In this document: positions 25,969 through 32,000 of the stretch, piece after piece
How positions within the stretch are numbered: the first letter of the stretch is position 1
Layout: each line of letters opens with the position of its first letter
Assembly: GCF_036289405.1 (NCBI RefSeq)
Contig: NZ_JAYFFI010000003.1
Span: forward strand, 96,364-128,363
Direction of reading: 5' to 3'
Length of the DNA: 32,000 nt
Origin: Pseudoramibacter faecis
GTDB taxonomy: Bacteria > Bacillota > Clostridia > Eubacteriales > Eubacteriaceae
Notes under the pieces: generated by a model
Databases searched by the model: none
Told to the model about the DNA's origin: nothing
The model's input: only the letters and a program-made list of their open reading frames with translations
Made by a program: the position numbers and the translations under genes

Positions 25969-27162
25969 CTACCCTTCTGAAGCTTCTTTTAATTCATAGT
26001 TTTCGTCTAAAATACCATCCTTTTTATCTTTCCACAGTCTGTATGGAACACTGATAATGAGTGGGACAAGCATAACTGGACCAACAATCAGTGTAAATGT
26101 ACCATATCCATATTTGATAATATTAAGTAATCCAAAGCTTGAACCAAATGTACATATCAGAATAAAGATAATGGCAATCACAAATTTTCTCATGAATGAA
26201 TTACTGGTTGTCCATCTCTTTTCTATAATTGGTTCAAAACGGTTACAAACTGTAAAGATAAAGGCAACTGAGCTTGAAAGCATTGCTGCAATAGCAAACA
26301 CAGCATATAAAATCCTTGAAATCCATCCTGAACCTGAAAGATTGTTAATCGCCCAGAGGGTCGGAATCTCTTCTTTCATAATATCAGGCATACCGGCTGC
26401 GAATATGAAAGTAAAAATCATCGTTGAACCTGCACATAATACAGCTGTCACAATAGATTCAATTAATACATCCTTTCTTGTTTCAATGATTCCTTTTGAG
26501 GCCGGCACACAGGCTTCATAGCCGTTCATAAAGAATACAACGATCATAAGCATTGAAAACCATGCCTGGATTCCGGAAAAGCCATACTCTGTATAGGAAA
26601 TATGCTGTTGCATATAGCCTGTTGCAAGCGGGACTGCATTTCCAAAACAAACTGCCGCCACATATCCACATATAACAAGAATTGCCAGTCCTAAAATCGT
26701 TCCTACTTTTCTAAGTACCCCTGCACCCCATAGCGCAAAAAGCAGTACCAACAGACAGAATCCAACCGTTCCCACTATTTTAGGCAGACCGAATATCTGA
26801 TTTAAAAGAACCGCTGTTGTGGAAATCTGTGCAGAAAGTGCAATTAATACGACCACAATGACCTGTAACTCTTTAAAGGTTCCAAAGAAAATCTGCAATC
26901 CCTTTGGACGATAAATTGTATTGTAGGCTTCCCTGTAAGAATCAGGCTTATAAATCCGGTTAATCTCGAAAAGCAGGAGATTGAAAACAAAACACATAAT
27001 CCCCGCCACAAGAGGTCCAAGAAAAATACCGATAAATCCCTTGTTATTAAAATAAGATACCGTCTGTGTACCGGAAGCAAATCCAGGACCTACATATGCA
27101 CCATACATAATTGCGGAAAGTGAAAATATTGCCGCAAATTTTTTACCAAAATTCCCCCCCAT
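25969..27162 (-). CDS. YkvI-like polytopic membrane protein (putative transporter)
   Basis: Start at ATG 27162, with AGGAGG 7 nt upstream. MGGNFGKKFAAIFSLSAIMYGAYVGPGFASGTQTVSYF resembles the YkvI-family opening (G.GFASGQE...F). About 11-12 predicted TM segments by eye. Confidence 0.55.
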   Translation of the reverse strand: MGGNFGKKFAAIFSLSAIMYGAYVGPGFASGTQTVSYFNNKGFIGIFLGPLVAGIMCFVFNLLLFEINRIYKPDSYREAYNTIYRPKGLQIFFGTFKELQVIVVVLIALSAQISTTAVLLNQIFGLPKIVGTVGFCLLVLLFALWGAGVLRKVGTILGLAILVICGYVAAVCFGNAVPLATGYMQQHISYTEYGFSGIQAWFSMLMIVVFFMNGYEACVPASKGIIETRKDVLIESIVTAVLCAGSTMIFTFIFAAGMPDIMKEEIPTLWAINNLSGSGWISRILYAVFAIAAMLSSSVAFIFTVCNRFEPIIEKRWTTSNSFMRKFVIAIIFILICTFGSSFGLLNIIKYGYGTFTLIVGPVMLVPLIISVPYRLWKDKKDGILDENYELKEASEG

Positions 27163-27172
27163 AATTTTCCTC

Positions 27173-27829
27173 CTATGCTTCTTTTGACTGAAGTTTATGA
27201 TAACCGAGTTTCTCTCTGGCTGTCTTAAGTGTGCTGCCAGACTTAACTTCAGCAATAATCTTCTGCTCTACTTCCTCAATATGCTGGGCAATTGCAAGCA
27301 CTTCTTCAGCTTTTTCTTTTGGAACTACCAGCGCACCTGAATCATCTCCAAGTATGATATCTCCAGGACGTACCTGAACTCCTGAAATTGCAACAGGAAT
27401 ATTCACAGCATCAACTGTCACACGCTCTTTTCCTGTAACCATATACTTTCCTTTTGTATAGATTCCGTAGCCCAGTTCCTTGATACCATTTACATCACGA
27501 CAAACGCCATCAATCAGAGTTCCTTCGATTCCTTTGGTTTTGGCCGTGTAAGTCATGATATCTCCCCATACTGTGCAATAAGTTCTTCCGCCGTCATCGA
27601 TTACAACAACCTGTCCTGGTTCTACATCGTCAATAAAATCTCCTACATTTCCTTTGTCCATACCACATGGAATATAGTGTACTGTAAATGCCTCTCCGCA
27701 GATTTTATTGCCTTCTACGACCGCCTGAATTCCCAACAATCCGCATGGAATTCCCAGTTTATCCATTGCATCAGAAATGCTTGCAGTATCCATTTTTTTT
27801 AGTGCTTTTATTAATTCTTTCTTATCCAT
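27173..27829 (-). CDS. RraA family protein, paralogue 2
   Basis: 218 aa from ATG 27829 (GGAAAGGA upstream; the track start at 27835 is a TTG). WGDIMTYTAKTKGIEGTLIDGVCRDVNGI keeps the same motifs. Confidence 0.8.
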   Translation of the reverse strand: MDKKELIKALKKMDTASISDAMDKLGIPCGLLGIQAVVEGNKICGEAFTVHYIPCGMDKGNVGDFIDDVEPGQVVVIDDGGRTYCTVWGDIMTYTAKTKGIEGTLIDGVCRDVNGIKELGYGIYTKGKYMVTGKERVTVDAVNIPVAISGVQVRPGDIILGDDSGALVVPKEKAEEVLAIAQHIEEVEQKIIAEVKSGSTLKTAREKLGYHKLQSKEA

Positions 27830-27879
27830 AGTCAAAATCCTTTCCTTGTTTTATGATTCCATCTTTATTTCAGTACTGA

Positions 27880-27912
27880 ATTGTTACAACAACTCTTTGT
27901 TGTGGTTACAAT
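27880..27912. promoter_or_regulatory. Imperfect 14-bp inverted repeat in the divergent LysR / RraA-operon intergenic region (candidate LysR-type operator)
   Basis: ATTGTTACAACAAC-TCTTT-GTTGTGGTTACAAT, 12/14 complementary. A second small palindrome, GATAT-AAA-ATATC, lies at 27951-27963. Confidence 0.3.
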
Positions 27913-28081
27913 ATATCATTCAGAATACTACTTGTAAAACAAATATATTTGATATAAAATATCTACATATTCGATATTTCAGAGTGCATGGCATGACTCA
28001 GTCAGAGCTTGAACCCAGGCTGAATTATATAAAATCTGTAGTGTCTAGCTTATGTCACACACCGAAAGGAGATTACTGTCT

Positions 28082-29005
28082 ATGACTTATGAACAAATAG
28101 AAACATTCCTGACTGTAATTACTTATGGCAGCATATCTGCCGCCGCAAAATACCTGTATGTTTCCCAATCTACGATATCCTCACGGATGCAACAGCTTGA
28201 GACAGAACTGGGGGTTCAGCTTCTGATCCGTCAAAAAGGGCATCGGAATATTGAACTTACCAACTACGGACACACATTTATTCCTATTGCGAGCCAATGG
28301 GCATCCCTATGGAAGGATACACAACATTTAAAAAGCATGGATAATATACAGACACTGACCATTGCCAGCGTGGATGCCGTTAATAACTATACCTTCGTGT
28401 CCTTTTTTTCAAAATACAGTGCTGATAATGCGAATACCAGATTAGATATCAGGACACACCATTCCAATGAAATTTATTCGCTTGTCGAAAGCCGTGTAGC
28501 TGACATCGGATTTGTATTTTCCAGAATTAACTATCCGGATGTTGTTAGTAATCCGATTTACCGGGAATTGATGTATCTGATTTGTGATAAGAATAGTCCA
28601 TATCACGATAATATACAAAATTCTGAATTGAATCCTGGGAATGAGGTTTTTCTGAATTGGGGATTAGATTATCAGAGCTGGCATGACAGTCATTTTGGTC
28701 CGGCAGTCCACCCGATGTTGACGGTTAACACCGGTTCTATGCTACAGCGGTACATTTGCGGGAATCTATGGGGAATTGCACCAATGTCTGTCATAAGGGG
28801 AGCTATGCGCTCCAACCCTAATCTGACATTTTATAAGCTTAAGACATCACCTCCGCCGAGGATTTGTTATGCGATTCAAAACCGCTATCCGAATGTAAAT
28901 CATCGTGATGCAATTCAGGAGTTCGAGCAACAACTGGAAAACTTTATTTCTGCGGATGAAAATATCTGCTCCTTTGAAAGCTGGATGCTGAATACAGTAC
29001 ACTAG
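28082..29005 (+). CDS. LysR family transcriptional regulator
   Basis: MTYEQIETFLTVITYGSISAAAKYLYVSQSTISSRMQQLETELGVQLLIR is a canonical LysR HTH. AAAGGAG lies 10 nt before ATG 28082; the track's ATG 28052 has no RBS. Confidence 0.9.
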   Translation: MTYEQIETFLTVITYGSISAAAKYLYVSQSTISSRMQQLETELGVQLLIRQKGHRNIELTNYGHTFIPIASQWASLWKDTQHLKSMDNIQTLTIASVDAVNNYTFVSFFSKYSADNANTRLDIRTHHSNEIYSLVESRVADIGFVFSRINYPDVVSNPIYRELMYLICDKNSPYHDNIQNSELNPGNEVFLNWGLDYQSWHDSHFGPAVHPMLTVNTGSMLQRYICGNLWGIAPMSVIRGAMRSNPNLTFYKLKTSPPPRICYAIQNRYPNVNHRDAIQEFEQQLENFISADENICSFESWMLNTVH

Positions 29006-29138
29006 ATGAAAATACTGTTTACATCACAAGATATCAATGGTATATTACTCGCAGTGATTATGCTACGGAAACTTGCGATGTCCGCAGTTGCAGCATTCCC
29101 GCACCTTAACTTCACTTTTTTCAAATACATGGGCAGTT

Positions 29139-29597
29139 TTAATATATAAATACTTTTAACTGTATCATCTGAAAAGCAGTAACTGATAAGGAATACCATA
29201 ACAGCAGAAACATCATTGTTTCATACAATTCAAATGAGCGTTCAAGCCGTGCATCTGCATTTTTTTCTATCTTCAAAACTTCATTCCACAATCGCTGTTT
29301 CTGAAACGTGATCTTGAATTTTTCCAGTGCAGATTTCCTATCATCCGCTCTTTTATAACGGATAGACTGCTGAAATCTTTTTATATTTTCTTCCGGTACA
29401 TATAGCCATTCAAGTGGTGCATTTTCATACATCATCGGGCTAGTGTAGACGACTTCCTTTTTGGAAGTGTAGTAGCTGATTCTGCCTGTTTCTTCATTCT
29501 TCATCACATCTCCATTAAGATATGCCGATGCAGATATGACAGATTTTCCTTTATTGCGCTCGACAATCTTTACCGTAAAGTTGAAATATCGCGATGA
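29139..29597 (-). pseudogene. MobA/MobL (MOBQ) relaxase N-terminal relic, without a start codon and truncated
   Basis: The frame continuous with ORF 29139-29507 reads SSRYFNFTVKIVERNKGKSVISASAYLNGDVMKNEETGRISYYTSKKEVVYTSPMMYENAPLEW...LWNEVLKIEKNADARLERSFE. This is the MAIYH.SVK.ISR..G.SAVA.AAY....L......T.DY..K..V pattern of MobA/MobL relaxases. There is no ATG/GTG/TTG upstream of codon V at 29507, and the sequence loses family resemblance after ...ERSFE. Confidence 0.6.
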
Positions 29598-29712
29598 TAC
29601 GATTCCCCTTTTCTGCCGTATCCGGAATTGATTTCCGGCTGAAAGCCCCGCCGATGGAACAAGCCCGGCAAGCGTAAGCGCAGACCGGTTGCTACCTGTG
29701 GCAAACTTATAC

Positions 29713-29745
29713 GGACGACCTCTGGTTGTCCATAAGTGCGCCCTT
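29713..29745 (+). other. MOBQ-type oriT: inverted repeat plus nick-region core ATAAGTGCGCCCTT
   Basis: GGACGACC-tct-GGTTGTCC (8 bp, one G-T) is followed immediately by ATAAGTGCGCCCTT (29732-29745). TAAGTGCGCCCT is, from memory, the conserved nick-region core of RSF1010/R1162 and of pIP501/pGO1/pSK41, where it also directly follows an inverted repeat. Confidence 0.65.
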
Positions 29746-29803
29746 CATCAAAATTCAATGAAGGAAATGGAAAACCCACTCCCTCTGCCATTACACTTTC
29801 TCC

Positions 29804-30623
29804 ATGTCTGTAACCATTTCTTTCTGCATCGCTTTTGAGAAAAACTTTCCGTTTGCTTCCTGTCTTTTTAAAAGCCTATCAGGTTTGGTAAATCTTCCTC
29901 CTCAATCGGACGGCCGAGAACCGATTCCACGAGAGGATTATGAAAGACTGATTGACTTTCTACAAGACTACAACCCACCGGCAATACTTCCAATCCAGAT
30001 AGCTTATTATGCGGGGCTTCGTATTGGGGAAGCCTGTGGTCTAGCATGGCAGGATGTAAATCTTGAAGAACAGTGTCTTACAATCAGACAGAGCATCCGC
30101 TATGATGGTTCAAGACACAAGAACATCATCGGACCGACCAAGCGAAAGAAAGTAAGGATTGTTGATTTTGGAGATACGCTGCAATGCCCGAAAAGAGCAA
30201 CTTAAAAACCGGATGCAGTATGGCGAACTTTATCACAGGAACTACTACAGAGAAGTAAAAGATAAAAACAGAGTTTACTATGAGTTCTATCATCTGGATG
30301 GAACAGAGAAAGTTCCTGAGGATCATAAAGAAATCTCCTTTGTCTGCTTAAGACCGGATGGAAGTCTGGAACGGTCAAGCACATTAGGAATTGTTTGCAG
30401 GAAGATTTCTCAGAAGCTGGAGGAATTTGAAGAATTCCATTTCCACCAGTTGCGACGCACCTACACAAGCAACCTTTTGGCAAACGGAGCAACACCAAAG
30501 GATGTGCAGGAACTGTTAGGATACTCCGATGTCAGTACCACCATGAATGTCTATGCTCATTCCACAAGAAAAGCCAAACGGGAATCTGCAAGGTTGCTTG
30601 ATAAAGTGGCAGGCAATGACTAA
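29804..30623 (+). pseudogene. Tyrosine recombinase/integrase, catalytic domain only, frameshifted
   Basis: Frame 1 (to TAA 30203-30205) reads ...IAYYAGLRIGEACGLAWQDVNLEEQCLTIRQSI...VRIVDFGDTL. Frame 2 resumes ...NARKEQLKNRMQYGELY...HFHQLRRTYTSNLLANGATPKDVQELLGYSDVSTTMNVYAH. Catalytic R, H..R and Y are present. About 100 aa of the N-terminal core-binding domain are missing. Confidence 0.8.
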
Positions 30624-30630
30624 ATAAAAC

Positions 30631-30680
30631 TTTCCCTTATTTCCCTTGCAATTATCTCATAAGGGCAAAAATAAGGGAAA
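30631..30680. terminator. Long bulged hairpin after the integrase stop
   Basis: TTTCCCTTATTT + CCCTT, 13-nt loop, then AAGGG + (3-nt bulge) + AAATAAGGGAAA, giving 12 + 5 bp. A U-rich tract follows on the minus-strand side only, so it could terminate the convergent transglutaminase-like gene. Confidence 0.45.
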
Positions 30681-30770
30681 ATACATATCATTTCACTAAT
30701 GAATAGGATGAAAAACCTGTAAAATGGGGAAAGTTAGAAAGATATTTCGGCAAATTGAAATTTATACTAA

Positions 30771-31475
30771 TTATTTCTTATTTCGTATTTTTCTCACATT
30801 CCTATTCATCATGTGTCTGCCATAATGCCTGTACGCAAATTTCTTTATCGGTGATAATTCCTGATGATGATCTTTCAACAAATCATCCGGACAATCGTAG
30901 ACACCAAAGTCCTGATTGATCCCTTCACTCTGAATGTATGTATTATTCCGATTAAAATCAATCACAGGATTTTTGAAATCACTGACTGCAACTCCGTATC
31001 CGCAAAATGCTCCGTTACAGTCTTTATTGATACTTTGCAGCTTATTCAGATAATCTTTATCAAGGATGAATGCCTCCAATTCATACCACTTTTCTTCAAA
31101 AAAGACTTCTACCCAACTGTGAAAAACATTCTGCGGAGCCTTCTTATAGACAAATCCTGTCATAGCTCCTTTTTGAAGTTTCTTATCAATCGTAAAACCA
31201 TGAACTCGACACGGAATATCGCATGCACGAAGCAACGCCATAAACAATGTTCCTTTGGTATTGCACTGACCGTAACCATCCCTTAAAACTCTTGAAGCGG
31301 GAATAGCATCATCCACATTATAACCAAAGAGAATCTCATCTCTGACATAATTATAGATTGCTTTAATGCGGTCAAATTCACTCATTTCTTTCCATTTTTT
31401 ATCTTGAACGAGTTTTTGAATTGTTGGATTAGAGAAATCAAGCATTCGTGTTTCTCTGATATAATTATCCATCAT
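30771..31475 (-). CDS. Transglutaminase-like (cysteine protease fold) domain protein
   Basis: 234 aa. GYGQCNTKGTLFMALLRACDIPCR (catalytic Cys context) and HSWVEVFFEEKWYELE (His), as in the transglutaminase core family. GGAGG lies 5 nt before the ATG. Confidence 0.8.
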   Translation of the reverse strand: MMDNYIRETRMLDFSNPTIQKLVQDKKWKEMSEFDRIKAIYNYVRDEILFGYNVDDAIPASRVLRDGYGQCNTKGTLFMALLRACDIPCRVHGFTIDKKLQKGAMTGFVYKKAPQNVFHSWVEVFFEEKWYELEAFILDKDYLNKLQSINKDCNGAFCGYGVAVSDFKNPVIDFNRNNTYIQSEGINQDFGVYDCPDDLLKDHHQELSPIKKFAYRHYGRHMMNRNVRKIRNKK

Positions 31476-31624
31476 ATTGCCTCCGGCAAATTACTGTTTG
31501 TTGATCCGATTGTTTCTCTTGCATACCTTAATACAATCATTTTCTTGCTCTTGATATGGTCAAGGATCGTCTTTTCTCTTGCAGCGATTTTCCGTAAAAA
31601 TATCTTCCTGCAAAAAATACACAC
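31472..31624 (-). CDS. 50-codon ORF carrying repeat copy B, translationally coupled to the transglutaminase-like gene (possibly only a gene fragment)
   Basis: My translation from GTG 31624: VCIFCRKIFLRKIAAREKTILDHIKSKKMIVLRYARETIGSTNSNLPEAI*. Its TGA overlaps the ATG of the next gene (ATGA). The central part parallels DIIDHIKSEKMIVLGYPTQF of the flavodoxin pseudogene. Confidence 0.25.
   Translation of the reverse strand: MCIFCRKIFLRKIAAREKTILDHIKSKKMIVLRYARETIGSTNSNLPEAI
31533..31567 (+). repeat. Direct repeat copy B (33/35 identical to 22670-22704)
   Basis: See copy A. Similarity continues more weakly for about 15-20 nt on both sides, with a 3-nt indel on the right. Confidence 0.7.
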
Positions 31625-31756
31625 AGTCCAAAAACAGTGGATACCAGCATAACTACATATCCTATTTTTGTTATTACGCCTTCTTCAGTTCTTAAATCAT
31701 GGTTTTTCCAAAGAATTTAATCATAATTCAGTCTCACAAACTGAAGATTGTTTGTC

Positions 31757-32000
31757 TCATTTAGCTTTCTTGGGTTTCTTCTCGGGCAGTTCCGTATACA
31801 TGCCTCCCAGTAATTCTACAATCAAATTCGCATCCTCAAATTTGTCGAATACATGCATCAGCGTCTTTGAACCTTCATAAGGATAACGCAGTTCGGAATC
31901 TGTAAGCAGTCTGTCCGATGTCGGCGTTCTCTTTAAAAACAGTTCATTATTGCAAATATCACCTATCAGTTTACCGTTAAGGTACACAAGGTATCCGCCC
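31757..32000 (-). CDS. TfoX/Sxy family protein (TfoX N-terminal domain), 5' end outside the window
   Basis: The frame is open to the window edge: ...GGYLVYLNGKLIGDICNNELFLKRTPTSDRLL... matches the FGG.G.Y..G..FA.I.DD.LYLK pattern of TfoX_N. The track's start at 31987 is an internal GTG. Confidence 0.7.
   Translation of the reverse strand, partial: GGYLVYLNGKLIGDICNNELFLKRTPTSDRLLTDSELRYPYEGSKTLMHVFDKFEDANLIVELLGGMYTELPEKKPKKAK

Larger units (their letters stand above)
29139..30680. mobile_element. Decayed integrative mobilizable element core (relaxase relic - oriT - integrase relic)
   Basis: The three elements above sit together within 1.5 kb. Extent is approximate; the element may originally have spanned the 22.7-31.6 kb interval. 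Confidence 0.5.

Noticed and set aside
29002-29199. Possible continuation of the MobA/MobL relic (…GNAATADIASFRS… versus the family's G..AD.A.H.D...NPHAH motif)
   Set aside because: Only an ADIA tetrapeptide lines up and the histidine motif is not recoverable in any frame. Too weak to extend the pseudogene call.
29570-29791. 73-aa minus-strand ORF (MAEGVGFPFPSLNFDEGRTYGQ...)
   Set aside because: It spans the oriT inverted repeat and nick core, is out of frame with the relaxase relic, and has no RBS or recognisable family. Most likely a chance frame over a GC-richer non-coding patch.
1-32000. Reverse transcriptase, retron/DGR, restriction-modification, Abi, CBASS-type or toxin-antitoxin defence modules that might constitute a 'new system'
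   Set aside because: No ORF in any frame shows RT, nuclease-helicase, methyltransferase, cyclase, TIR/SIR2 or STAND-ATPase-like motifs that I can recognise. The only anti-defence-like genes are the ArdC-like and DpnD/PcfM ICE genes.

Overview
Mosaic accessory region, probably from a Clostridia-like Firmicute (inferred from the gene families). Nearly all genes are on the minus strand.

(1) 1-6.7 kb: an AraC-headed 'mpt-like' operon. It has an MptD/Trep_Strep-type ECF S component, EcfT, a fused double ECF ATPase and two half-size ABC exporters; the last exporter runs off the window.

(2) 6.8-20.9 kb: a visibly GC-richer, tightly packed conjugation module of a Tn1549/CTn-like ICE. Gene order is DUF3848, Toprim/DUF3991, DpnD/PcfM, DUF5688-like, MobC, relaxase, PcfB, ArdC-like, VirD4 coupling protein, Maff2, VirB6-like (CD1112 type), PrgI, VirB4 (CD1110 type), then a lysozyme/CHAP hydrolase (CD1108 type). 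The module looks orphaned and decaying:
- no recombinase in the window
- abrupt edges on both sides
- the hydrolase is split by a +1 G in a G-run
- the VirB4 Walker A reads GVPGSDKS rather than GxxGxGKS

(3) 21-32 kb: an AT-rich patchwork containing:
- an AraC/GyrI-like regulator
- a flavodoxin/4Fe-4S (EFR1-like) pseudogene with three lesions
- about 1 kb of junk holding a 27-codon ORF and relic fragments
- a MATE / RraA-like / YkvI-like / RraA-like operon with a divergent LysR regulator
- a decayed integrative mobilizable element (start-less MobA/MobL relaxase relic, an intact-looking RSF1010/pIP501-type oriT nick core, and a truncated, frameshifted tyrosine integrase)
- a transglutaminase-like gene
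- a partial TfoX gene

A 35-nt near-identical direct repeat (22670 and 31533) brackets about 8.9 kb that includes the integrase relic.

I saw no rRNA, tRNA or CRISPR array. I did not recognise a clear-cut new defence or other system. The most checkable leads are the orphan oriT/IME relic, the bracketing repeat, the VirB4 P-loop change and the two uncharacterised transporter/enzyme operons. All family assignments come from reading the translations by eye, not from searches.
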